A DNA stretch of 64,000 nucleotides, from NCBI GenBank assembly GCA_003427395.1, contig BFEA01000004.1, positions 6,182,714 to 6,246,713 on the forward strand. The letters run 5' to 3'. How positions within the stretch are numbered: position 1 is the first letter of the stretch; each line of letters opens with the position of its first letter. Below the pieces are notes generated by a model that was not told where the DNA came from, ran no database searches, and saw only the letters and a program-made list of their open reading frames with translations. The stretch comes from Chara braunii. Lineage: Eukaryota; Plantae; Charophyceae. Positions 26,801-39,191 of this stretch are shown in pieces. Both the position numbers and the translations under genes were made by a program.

Positions 26801-29502
26801 GTGGTGCTTCAAGTGCAGAGCATATAGTCATCTCAATACGGAGTATGCCTATCCGCAACACCCGCAACATGCTATCTCTCCCGATCAAATGCTCAGCCAG
26901 GACCCACAGAGACCACATAGTGACATAGATGGTTACTGGTGGTCCCAGGATATAAGGGATGGGTGTACAGTGACGACTACAACCAGGCTGACCAACTTAT
27001 TGGCCGATTTTTGGACGGCAGGGGAGATCTTCGTAAGACCCCTCGTCCACCGGCTGATTGGCTACCCCCCAAATAGTCCCTGCATCCCAAACAATCTCAG
27101 GAGTCTGCCAAAAACCAGTCTCGGAGTGGGACCAAGCCTGTAGGGGTAGTAGGAGCTCCTAGGACCACTGGAACTGGAGAAGGTGCTTGATCTGTTGGGA
27201 TTGCTGAGAATGGTGGGGAAACAAGTATAAAGAAGGATATGCAAAACATTCTCAAAAGAACAGGTAAAGGGTTGTAGTATTACCCACCTTATGAAGAAGA
27301 GACAAACCTGGGGAACAAGAGGAATAAATTTATTGGTCCACCCTCGATGGGCTATATGCCAAAAAATGGGCAATCATCAGCTGTTGAATGGCGAGTGGTT
27401 ATAAAAAATTGGACTGAGAAACATGTTACACCATTATCAACGCAGTCAGGAGAGTCAAAACAACACTGGTCAGATGAAATGGCTGATGGTAAATCCCAAA
27501 ATGAAGGTAAGAAAGAAGAGGTTATGAATGAGGGGGATGAGGATCACGAAAATATGAATGTTGATGTTTTTAAGGATGTGCTTGGGATGAAACCCATAGA
27601 GGTGGAAGCAGCACCAGTTACCGCCTTCCCACTCAAAACATTGAACTCAAAAGAAGACAACATGGAGTTGTCACTAGACTTGCATACAAAATTCGTTAAA
27701 ATTGTTGATTGGTTAGTAACTAATTTGAGAAAAAAAAATCCTAATTTGGAAGACAAGTTGTGACAACAAATCTACAGCTAGTTGAGGCCTATATTGGCTA
27801 GTAGTGACAACTTGAAGTTGGTGCTGCAAGATGGCCCCCCAGGAGGAGCAGACTGGTTTGATATTTATAATCGGTTGTTGCATGCCGTTTCCGCTCATTT
27901 TAATCCCGTGTTATTGGAGGGAGGGGGCTCACTTGCTGGGTTATCAGCAAGAACCACAACTGATTTGCGCTCAATCACCAGAAGGAACTGGTGTAAGTAC
28001 GGACGCGAGGATTAGCTTGCTGGGTTCTCAGCAGGATCAGGAGTTGAAATATTCTCAGCCCTCACATAACCTTGATACTAGTATTACGCTAATGGATACT
28101 CATTCCAAATATAAGAAAGAATTGAAAAAAATCAAAGACCTTGCTTAAAAAAGGATAGAGTGCAAACAAGAAAGATTCAAAGGTATGAAATCTCTACAAG
28201 AAGAAAGGAGACCCAAAGGGAAAGTAAATGTCAATGCATACATTGTGAAACTAACCCGCAAAACGCCGTTGCGCCAAAAGAAGCTCAACCACTATGTCGT
28301 GACCCCCAAAAAGGCAAAGCCAAAAATAACTATGGAAAACAATAGTCTTAACAGAAAAAAAAAAATTCAAAATAAACAGACACCGCAATTGGTTTCGCAG
28401 GGTTGCAATCACACTGGTGGTACCAGGGTCCCAATGGGCTTGTTGGAAAATCACAAAGCTAATGAATCAGCATCAATGAGTATGTTGGAAAGTTAGGGAC
28501 ACAATGAGCGGTCTGTTGAAGGATCTGAGCAACAACGGTCTGTGCAGGATGGGTACTCTTTTCTTGGCACACAAGAAAGGAACGCTCAATCCGCTCCCTC
28601 AAATCCGGCAGATCTGTATGAAGGGGAATCTTGTGGGCTTATGGCATATTCCAGGCCTAAAAGGGCAGAACCAGTACCAGTAGGGAGCATGTTGAATGAA
28701 GATCAGACAACACAAGAGTCTCAATGCCCAAAATAAGATCCTATCTAGGATCTTAGCTTAGATGAGGACCCGCCCCCCCGCAAAGTGAAAGAGTTCACAT
28801 GTAATCCAAAGCTCAAAGAAGTAGTCTCAGAATTAACGGGTGAACGTAAATATTTGTTGCTTACTAATAATCTAAAAAACCCAGTTCCTTCCCATCAAAC
28901 GATAGTCAAACACAATGCTTCACAAGCGGAAGGAAAACGAAATCATTACGTAATCGATGCATCCGAGCAACTCGTACTGATAAGATGGATGATGAGATTG
29001 ATCTGACAAAAGATTTGCCTCAACAGGGCGCCGAGGAAAATGAACAAAACAAAGAGAGAGTTCACTCCTCATTACCGCTTGCATCCGGGGCAACAAGTAG
29101 ACGACGGTGGTTGACCATAACGAAAGATGACATGAGGCTCTCACAGACAGGTATTGTGATTTTTCTTGTTAGGCGCAAGCAAGAGGCTTAGGAGGTAGGT
29201 CTATAAATACGGCAAGGAACTTTGCTGGTTGAGGAGTGAAAAATTGAAAGAGTTCCAGATCAAATCCAGTAAGCTATGGGCTGAAACCGATGTGTGCACT
29301 CTCCTAGTTAGACTCCTGTGTCACGGTATCCTCGAAAAGGGAGGATTCTTAGATGAGGGAAATTGAAAAGTTGCATAATGATCCCATTTTTTGTAGGCGT
29401 ATTGAGGCCATATGGGTTTCCTAAGGAGAAAAAGGGTACGATGGATGAAATTTAAGTGATTGATGCACTATACAATAAGGATAAAGGATGGAAATTACGG
29501 AG

Positions 29503-29631
29503 AAGCTGTGTGTCCGATTTTGAATTCAACACGGGTTCCGCGTTGAATTCTCGTTAAACTCCCGTTCAAACGCGAGTTTGACACGAATTAACGGGGTCCG
29601 GGATGATTTGTTTCTTGGGCTAAAAGTTATC

Positions 29632-29682
<51 letters not shown>

Positions 29683-30954
29683 ACATGGGGTTGTAGGTTT
29701 TTTTGAGGGCTACAACCCTGTATTTTTATTTTTATTTTTTGATGCCTAAATATATTTAAAAAAAAATCAAAAACATAAACACACAATGAAAAAACAGAAA
29801 CTAAAATGAAATGAGTGTTTTTGTTTTGGGTTTCACACAAATTTTTTAAGGGCTAAAACAAAAATAAAAAAAACAAATAAAAAATATAGGGTTGTAGATC
29901 TTTCAAAGATGTACAACAATTTATTTTTTATTTATTTTCTTGAAACTTCGTGTATTTTAAAAAAAATCAAAACCATAAAAAGCAAAAAAAAAAAAAAAAA
30001 AAACACACACACACAAAAAAAAATTTGGGTCTGTAGCAGGTTGCATGAGTCTGGCGTCAGTTGGTTGAGGAAACCCAGGCCCTGGGCTGCCTGTTTGAAT
30101 GTATGGAAAACAGACCCTGGGTTGGATACGGGTACTGGGCCAAACACAGGCCAAAGGCAGTTGGGGGCATGCAACCACCTCAGGCCCAAGGCCTGTTCTC
30201 GTTCGTGCTGGGCCTCAGGCTATCAGGCCCTACCGGAAGCTTCCTGGGACTAAACACAGGCAAGCCACTTCGATATAGCAAAGGGTTTGCCTTCACATTG
30301 GGCATTCAGGTGCTGGCTGCATGCTGCGTAAGCGCTACCGCGCTGTAGCTCGTTGGCACTCACGCGCTCACGGTCGAGCAGGAAGGAGCAGGCAGCCATA
30401 GCCGAGTTGTGTTGTAGCTCGCTGGCGCACATGCCAACAATCATACACACACACACACACACATGCACGTTGCACATACTAATAATGATTAGAGTCTCCA
30501 TCAGAGAAAGTGGTACTTAACCAGTGGGCTTGCCTACAAACAAGTGTGAATGTCATTCACACAGAACAAAAGGCAGATGGGCGACTTCTTTTCCACATTG
30601 ATTTGATTCATTAGTGGATATAAGATGACACCAAAACAAACAAAACAAATACATATTTGGTGATTATTAAAACAAACACACACTTACAAATACACACATA
30701 CAAAAGCACACGCTCATACATTCATATTCATGCACAGACATACTCTCACGCACAGGCACACACATTAGTGACACATACACACATACGCGCACACACAACG
30801 ATTTTCCGGAACACGTGCATCAATTCTGTTTTTCCGAAAAGCGCGGGAGCGGCCCATTTTCGCGTTTAACGCAAATTCAACGGGATTTTTTTTAATGTAA
30901 CGGGATTCAACGGGAGTTTAATTCCCCGTTCTCCGTTAAAAAGATACACAACTG
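29503..30954. mobile_element. Non-autonomous DNA transposon nested in the LINE (hAT-like)
   Basis: Imperfect TIR aagctgtgtgtc / gatacacaactg, subterminal (a)acggg motifs at both ends, weak 8-bp TSD ttacggag/agacggaa. Confidence 0.5.
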
Positions 30955-32713
30955 AGACGGAATGTGGACCTAGATCTCATGGCCCTTAATTTGCCTATGT
31001 TAAGCACAATAAGAAACAAGCCATTTATGACTAAATGAAAGGGATTGATGGTAGAGAATGGTCTGACGTCATCTATATCCAAAAGACTCGTCAAGGACAC
31101 AAATGCTGATAATTTTCGTTACAAAGAGTTGTGGCCACATCAGTCTTTTCGATTTCATGTTCTCAAGCCCGAAAGTGTTAAAGTGGCCATTTGGATACCC
31201 CTGGGCATCAGAGCAAAAGTTGTTCACTGGGAAGTAGATCCGGATCAAGGAAGATGGGTGTATGTTCTAACAATGCTAAAACTTTAGATTGTCAATATCC
31301 TTTGTGTATACGGAGAGGTTGGAGATCGTCGTATCTTTTTCTAGAATATTCTCCTTCGTCTCCCGGTGGGTTTCCCGGTTATCTTAGCAGAACATTTCAA
31401 TGTCACCCCAGAAAGACATCTGGACCGTTGGCGTACTCCATCTCCATGACCAACTTATATAGAGGCCGATGAACTAATCATTTCTCATTTATGTCACACA
31501 CTCTGAATCTTTTTTATTTTTACAGAAGACTTAGTCCCACATCTAAGTCATTTACATGTTTCAGGAAAGGTTAATCAGGACAAAGTATTAAATCTCGCAT
31601 TGATCAAATTCTAGTAGCCCAGGAGTTACAAGGGGCACTACAGGCGGCGGAAATATTTCATAAAAGTTCTTTTCCTGATTTAGATCATTCAATATGTGTA
31701 GCTATTTTCTTTTCGCAAAAAACTTGATAAAGGCAGAGGATATTATAAATTAAACACATCTCACCTCAAAATCGAAAACTTTGTTAATTATCTTCAAGAT
31801 GTGTGGCACTTCTGGAGTGAACAAAGGTATCTCATAAAAAATGACATCAGATGGTTCAACAACAGTCTATGCTTTCTAGGTCGTAAATGCAATGAATATT
31901 TCAAAATATTAGCTTCACAAAGGAACTCGAAAGAAACACAATTGCACAATAGGATCCAATAACTTCAACAAATAGAAACAAAGTATGAAAATCACGAAAT
32001 TCTAGAACCTATAGCCAATAAAATATAAAATCTTGAAAACCAGTTGTTGACTCTTATGGAATATAGATAGCAAGGAATGCGAATTAGAGGAAAACTCAGG
32101 CGACACAATATGGAAGGACCTATGGATGCGCGCTTTTTCACTACGGCTAGAGCAAGGGTGGGTAATACTATAATTGAAGCATTGACAAATCCTTCAAATG
32201 GAAATGCACCTTTAGTCACATCTACTGCAGCCTGTACCAAACTTGCCCGGAAATTCCTTGAAGATTTTTTCACGTCAAATAATGGTAATATCCCTTTGGA
32301 TCAGCGAAACAAGGAAATCAAAGAGTTCGTTCAAATGTTGAGTAAGTCGCTATCAAAGAAATAAAAGAAAATCATGAAAAAATCACTAACCAGAGTAGAA
32401 ATATGAACAACCTTGATGCTCATGGATGAGGAGAAAACATCATGGATTGATGGACCACCAAAGGAATTATAGAAAAATGTATGGGATTTTTTGTCACAAG
32501 ACTTTCTAGAGTATTATCAGGTGGCCTGGTTGTCAGGAGACATGGGAAAAGTAGTGGGATAGGGAGTATTAACTCTCTTACGCAAACAAAGGATAAAACA
32601 AATATTATGAATTATCGCTCCATCACATTGTTTACGGTAGTGTATAAATTAGTAGCAAAGGCAGTAGCTGAACGAATGTCCAAAGTAATTTCAGACATTA
32701 TACATCATGCCCA

Positions 32714-32812
32714 AAGCATGTCACGACGAATATCTACTCAAACCTTGTACACACCGCCCGTGACACCATGATAATTTCTTTTGCCTGAAATCGTCTGTAT
32801 GATAAATCAATG
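32714..32812 (+). pseudogene. rrn18: NUMT: 3' fragment of mitochondrial SSU rRNA
   Basis: cttgtacacaccgcccgtgacaccatg universal SSU motif; downstream bases align with the reverse complement of the second NUMT at 41764-41824. Confidence 0.8.
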
Positions 32813-32873
32813 AATTTGAACCCGCGTCTTCGCCATGAAAAAACAATGTCCTATACCCCTAGACGAAAAAGAC
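32812..32873 (-). pseudogene. trnE: NUMT: 3'-truncated, mutated mitochondrial tRNA-Glu(UUC)
   Basis: Reverse strand gtctttttcgtctaggggtataggacattgttttttcatggcgaagacgcgggttcaaattc; anticodon TTC at 32837-32839. Confidence 0.75.
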
Positions 32874-32881
32874 GAATGAAT

Positions 32882-32955
32882 GTGCTTGTAGCTCAATTGG
32901 ATAAAGCACCAAACTACGGATTTGGGGGTTGAGACTTCAAGTCTTTCCAAGCATG
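32882..32955 (+). tRNA. trnR: NUMT copy of mitochondrial tRNA-Arg(ACG), probably non-functional
   Basis: Complete cloverleaf gtgcttg-tagctcaattggataaagc-accaaactACGgatttgg-gggttgagacttcaagtcttt-ccaagcatg; resembles bryophyte/charophyte mt trnR(acg). Confidence 0.85.
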
Positions 32956-35900
32956 GGTTCTTATTACAGACAGAAACATACAAGATAATATAATTCTAAA
33001 CTTATGAATTGGTCAGAATTACTCACCAATCTAAATATAATGCGACCTTTATCTTTATAGATTTTGAGAAAACATATGATCAAGTAGATTGATTCTTTTT
33101 GGATAAATGCCTATAAAATTTTAACTTTGGTCTTTCTTTTAGAAAATGGATTCAGATTCTGCATAAGAATGTCTCTACTAGGGTCATGGTTAATAGTAAT
33201 GTTGCGCCTCCTATCCCGTTATATAGATCAGTTAGACAAGGAGAGTCGATTGCTCCCTACCTTTTTGTGATTGTTATGGAAGCTCTACCAGAAAATCTCC
33301 GTCATCACAAGGATATCAGACGTATTCAAATAACTTATATACCTGAAGATGCAATCCCGGTCTGCTCTCTATTTGTTGGTGATTTTTCTCTCATGGTAGA
33401 TGCATCATAAGAAAACATGATGGGAGTCCGAAAAATGATGGACAAGTTTTGTCGTTTATCTGATATGAGAGTCAATTGGGGTAACAAAACATTAGGATGG
33501 TGGATTCAGGCCCCCAGAACAACCTCATGTCAAGTGACTTCCCATAGATACTTTTATTCGCGTACTGAGAATATCTCTGTCCCGTGTGGGAAAGCAAAAA
33601 ACAAACAATGAATGTATACCTCAACAAGCTCGGTCAAATTTGATCTCTGGAAAAACAATCACTCTTCTCTCTTTGGACGTAATGTGGTTATAGCCTCCAT
33701 CTGATATAAATAAACCATATGACCACTAAATAAAAAAAAACCTTAAAATTTTTTCAACAACAGTTGTCCTCCTTTCTATAGAGAGGTAATCATGAGTTTA
33801 AGAATGTAATCAGTAGAGTAACATGACAATCAGTTATCCAACCTAAGACTAGCGGTGGGTTAGGGGTAATTAACGTAGTCACTCAAGCTATGACTCTTTC
33901 CATACAATGCATAAAACGATTGGTCTTTAATCAACAAACTCCCTGCTCAACACTGGCATGAGAGCAAATTAAACGCTTAACACCAGAAACGGTAGAGAAT
34001 GTTTAGGATGGGAACCAATGCTTAGCCACTCCCAAAAGGAAAAGTTAGAGATTTAACAAATTAATTATTCTCTAATAGACTAACTACAAAAAGGGATTTG
34101 TGTAATGATTCCTTTTGGATCACCCTTGTCAAAATATGACAAAAATTATCTCCGACTGACGATAACCCCCCTAAAAGGTGGGAGGAAGTATGCCAATAAC
34201 TTCTTCTTGACTCATAAATGGATTAGAGACTCTCAAGAGTGTGTCCTTCACTATACGGACTCGCTCTGAAATTGATGGGGAAAAACAAAAAAGTTTAAGA
34301 ATAAAAGATATTTGGAATAATGAATCTAACGATTGGATTGATCTTGCAATACTAAAATATACCTTCGTTACTCTCACCACTCGCCTGAAGCACTGGGTAA
34401 AATAATTGAGCTAATCCCCTTGAACTAAATGCGGATTTTTCGCAAGGGACCCAAACCGAAAATGAATGATTAAGTGCCCCTTAAGAACCATCCCCAAAAA
34501 ATTGAAAACATCCTAGACAAATTTTCGAATGCAGACATCCTCCTTCAACTCTATGATCTTTTACAATATCACACTCTCCACCCTAAAAGTCGGGGTCAGA
34601 TCCAATGGGTGCAAGCTAGCCAAACGTTGAGAATTAGAGTATTAAGAAAGAATGATCGACAGACCTTTAAACCTGATACTCCCATCTTCAGCTTAGCATT
34701 AAACCCAACTAATTGGATCTGGAACTCTCCCAGTAAACAAAATAATTTTGACAAGAATTATAAACGTGTCCTACATACTCTTAGAGCAAAATCTACCTAT
34801 AAAATGTTAAACGTGAGAATTAATATAAAGAACAAGGTGTCAGCCAAATGGATGAAACATCTCAATCTTAACAGAGCAAACGTAAGATGAATCAAATGGT
34901 TTAACTTATTGAAATCCAAACTAACGAAGATGTCATCTCTTCAATGACAAATTACACAGCGATGCCTTCCCACTCATGATTGGTTGATAGACAGATTTTC
35001 TTTAGAACAAAAAGGAGCATCTACGTGACGTAAATTTGCAAATTTGCCTTTTACAGCAGGTTGATCCCTGAAACTATCGAGCATATCTTCCTGCAATGCC
35101 CTGAAGCTATATGGTTATGGAGGTAGTGGGATAAAGTTTGAAATCAGTTAGGCCCACAAACTCGATGGCCATGGAGTTGGAAAACAATTCTTTTCGAATC
35201 ATGGATTGTTGAGCCATATGATGACTTTACACAAAACCTCTTCACCATGGGGAGAAAAGTAGTCATATGGGCCATTCGCCTAAATGGACCCGAATTCACT
35301 GAAACTATTAAATTGTGTGTCCAAACAAAAAATACAACTAAATGAGAACAAGCGAAAGGAAAAAATGCAACACTCGTCTTCACGAGATGAAATCCACAAA
35401 CATATTCAAAAATTCAGTACTTGCTGACTTGGAGGAAACCAGGGGGAAAATGAGAAAAGTGAAATGGGAAAAGGCTATACAAGGGGACAATGAAAAAATA
35501 AGGAGAGAGTATAGGATAGTATTCCAAGTCTGGACGTTGGTAAACTCATCTATTCCCATTTACCCAATGGTAGAGTTTCCTGACCCCTTTCCCCCTTTCC
35601 CCCTCCACTATTGGCTATGGTTTCGAGGTTTTGGTTTGGGTATGATTGAAGTGTGAAGATTTCAGGTTATGTCCTCAAAACAGGTTGAATCTCCATATTC
35701 TCTTAAGCGAATCGGGACCAGGTAGCAGGGTAGAACAGGTTGGATTTCATGTTCTCTCAAGTGAATCAGGACCAAGTAGCAGTGCTAGATCTAGTGTCCA
35801 ACAATGGATGAAGAGGTGCTGATTCATAAGACACCATTTAAACACTATTACTACTCTTACTCAAGAATTTCAAGACACTCGATGTGAGGGAGGCTGAACC

Positions 35901-36920
35901 CATTTTCCAGCAGGTGCTGCTCCCCACCAATAGATGGAGCTTCCCAGGGAATGCTAGGGTAGCCTGCTCTTATCAACTCCCCTAGCATCAACCCAGGGTG
36001 TTTCTTCGAAAAACACAAAAAAAGAAAAGAAAGACAACTGTTGGTCAGGTACCCTAACTATGAGATTTTGTTGGCTGCTAACGGACTGATACCAAGGCTA
36101 AGGGACATTGCTGGCCACTGGAGGCTAGGACCATTCACATCTATGGCCTCATAGGCCGGCTATTAGGATGGTACCGTGACTATGAGATTTTGTGGGCTGC
36201 TAATGGATTGATACCATGGCTATGGGACTTTGCTGACCGATAGAGGTTTGAACCGTAAGGGTTATATCAAGGGAATGTGGCTATTGAAACAGTCGGACCA
36301 TACGTACGCAGCGCACTGGTAAGTGCGCCAGGCGTAAGCAGCACACTAGGAAGCGTACCAGGCGTGTCCAGCACATCGACATCGAATTAGAAGTCTGCAG
36401 CTCACGAGCCTAACCAGTTGGCAACCGATCGTGTGTGTGAGCTTGAGATGCCGGTTTGTTCCCACTGGTGTAAGCAAGCGGGCTGTTGTCATCACGGGCA
36501 TTCCTGCAGCTGAGAAGTGAGACGACGCACCCTTCCATCCCCGGAGAAGTGAGCCGGTGAGCGAAAGAGTCAGAGATTGAGAGAGAGAGCGTGCGGAGGG
36601 TTGTATGTGTGAGAGGAGAGAAGATGGTGAGTACTCGTTATTATTATTATTATTATTATTTTGTATTTAACCTCATCGCATCCAGAAACATCTCACGCGG
36701 TGATAATAAAAATCTGCTCGCTCTGGACACGGAAGAGTGGATGTAAGATAGAGAGTGAGCGAAAGAGTGTGTGCGTGAGAGTGAGTGGACACAGATAGTG
36801 TTTTCCTATTTTCTAATCACACACAATGCCACCTGGTTCTAACTAGGCCCATGTGCATTCAAGTTCCAGCCGACCAAGAGTCTCACATGGCGGGAATGAA
36901 GAACTCAACTTGCTCACTCA

Positions 36921-36984
<64 letters not shown>

Positions 36985-38004
36985 GATGGAGAGGGAGAGA
37001 GAGAAAATAAGAGTGTGTGTAAACGGACGAGTAAGCGGGAGCGAGGGTGTGTGAACGGGTGAGAGAACGGGTGAGGGAGTCAATAAGAGAGCGAGTGAAT
37101 GAACACACCACTTTTCCGCGGATATGGCACGAGTAATTTGGCTGTATCTGAACAGGAAATTGCCCCAAATACAATGCTGAAGACCGTGTTTTCTAATGGG
37201 GGGAGAAAGTATCAAAAGCAACGAACTTATTGATCTAATGCAGTTTAATACAGCCCCGACGACTGTGTTCTATTCGGGGCGTAGCAGTACCAATGCACCA
37301 TTCCAATTGATCTTACTGCATGTTGAGAGAAAATGGCCCCAAATACAACTTGCCGATCGTGTGCTCCATTCCGGGAGAACAGTAGTAGCGACGGGTTATC
37401 TGAGTTGGAGAGAAACAAAGAGAAAGAGAGGGTGCTAGATCTGACTAGAGGAAAGGGTGAGGACAAAGAGAACTTTCACGCACATTTGGGTGAATGAACC
37501 TGGCCTGAACTGCATGCCACGTTCGTTCAACGACCTGCGACAATAGAAGTGTGCACGCAGAAGAGAACAAAGAGAAAGTGGGAAAGTGGGTGCATGCGGG
37601 AGAAAGAGCGAGACGGGCGCACAAGTGAGGAGAGAGAGCATGAACATGCATAAGAGAGGACGTGAGCGAGAAAGAAAGCGGAAGTGATTGACCGTTTGAG
37701 CGAGGAGCCTGCAAGAGAGATAAAAAGTGAGAAGACAAGTGAGAGAGAAGAGTATACAAAAAGAACGATCAGGAAATCAATCAGAGGGCAGGTATGATTG
37801 GGATTGAGGCGGATCAACTGGAGTCTCGGTTGGGGCACTTCTATACTCTCATCAGAGTCTCATGTATTTTTCGGGCACTTCTATACTCTCATCAGACTCT
37901 CATGTATTTTTCCATGTTCTAGCAGCAGATTCTCTCTAACTGCCACATTGAAAAGTTATCAGGCCAACGCACTGCGTGTACAGAAAACGACGATGTATCT
38001 TTCC

Positions 38005-39036
38005 ACGTTCTAGCGGCAGATTCGTTCACACCGTTTCACTTCGGAGAGATGGACTGCTGCCTCAGGACAAGGCAAATGAAGAATATCACGTTGTACTTTT
38101 CCACGATTTAGCTGATGGATTATTATCATTTCGAATGGTTTTCTTCATTTATGAATAAATGGGTTTCTCCCGCAGCACAGCAAACCAAGAATACGGAACC
38201 CTCATATCTGGACCCTTTTCTGATCACTATTCATGTATGAAGAGTACACACACACACACACACATTCTAGCGACAGATTCATTCACACCGTTTCACTGCG
38301 GAGAGATGGAGTGCTGCCTCAGGACAAGGCAAATGAAGAATATCACGTTGTACTTTTCCACGATTTAGCTGATGGATTATTATCATTTTCGGATGATTTT
38401 CTTCATTCGTGAATAACCTAGGTAGAATGGGTTATCCTGCCGGATAATCTGGTCGGCTGATCGGGGGGTAGGATCATCCAGAAATCCGGATGATAAAAAA
38501 AAAAAAAAAAGTGATATTGCGCATGCAAAATACAATAGACCTGCGTCCCTATTTCATGAAAGGCTTGATAGGGCCTGGAAGGGTTCAAAGGGGATAAGAT
38601 AGGGAATAAAGGGGTTGATGCTTAATTTATTCTATAATTTTTTATCTAAATATTATTTTCTTGTTCTGTTTTAATTTTTATCTTCATATCTATTGAGTAA
38701 TCAAAGATGGCCTCGAGCCAAAAGTGCTTCATATCATTCATATGAACAACATAATTTTTTTCCAGATTTTTTTTTCAGATTTTTTTGAATTTTTTTCTTT
38801 TCGGTTAAAAAAAATATTTTGTACTGGTCCGGATTTTCCATATCCGGAATTGATCCGGAAATTTCATCCGGATTGTGGGGGGGGGGGATCCAGATAAAAT
38901 TGGTCTGCCAGATATCCGGATTTGCTACTTACTACTTAGTGAATAAATGGGTGTTCTCCCGCAGCACAGCAAACCAAGAACATGGAGCCCTCATATCTGG
39001 ACCCTTTTCCGATCACTATTCATGTATGAAGAGTAC

Positions 39037-39045
<9 letters not shown>
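38005..39045. repeat. ~260-bp tandem duplication; copy 2 is interrupted by an insertion
   Basis: gctgcctcaggacaaggcaaatgaagaatatcacgttgtacttttccacgatttagctgatgg twice; ccgcagcacagcaaaccaagaa at 38170 and 38958. Confidence 0.9.
38417..38938. mobile_element. hAT-like non-autonomous element with 8-bp TSD
   Basis: TSD GTGAATAA at 38409-38416 and 38939-38946; subterminal (T)CCGGA(T) clusters; the empty site survives in the upstream duplicate (~38150). Confidence 0.8.
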
Positions 39046-39129
<84 letters not shown>

Positions 39130-39130
39130 N

Positions 39131-39191
<61 letters not shown>

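Larger units (their letters stand above)
25040..36030 (+). mobile_element. Decayed near full-length L1/Tx1-clade LINE (ORF1 with zinc knuckle; ORF2 with endonuclease, RT and C-terminal zinc finger); ends approximate
   Basis: ORF1 knuckle CFKCRAYSHLNTEY (26805); endonuclease relics ILAEHFN, SRIDQILV, LDH (31380-31690); RT motifs NYRSITLFTVVYKLVAK, IDFEKTYDQV, RSVRQGESIAPYLFVIVMEAL, LFVGD (32610-33385); ETIEHIFLQCP (35070); many stops and frameshifts; A-rich 3' tract near 36010. Confidence 0.9.

Noticed and set aside
32882-32955. Functional nuclear tRNA-Arg gene
   Set aside because: Mitochondrial-type sequence with mutated D- and T-arm bases, embedded in a NUMT inside a dead LINE.
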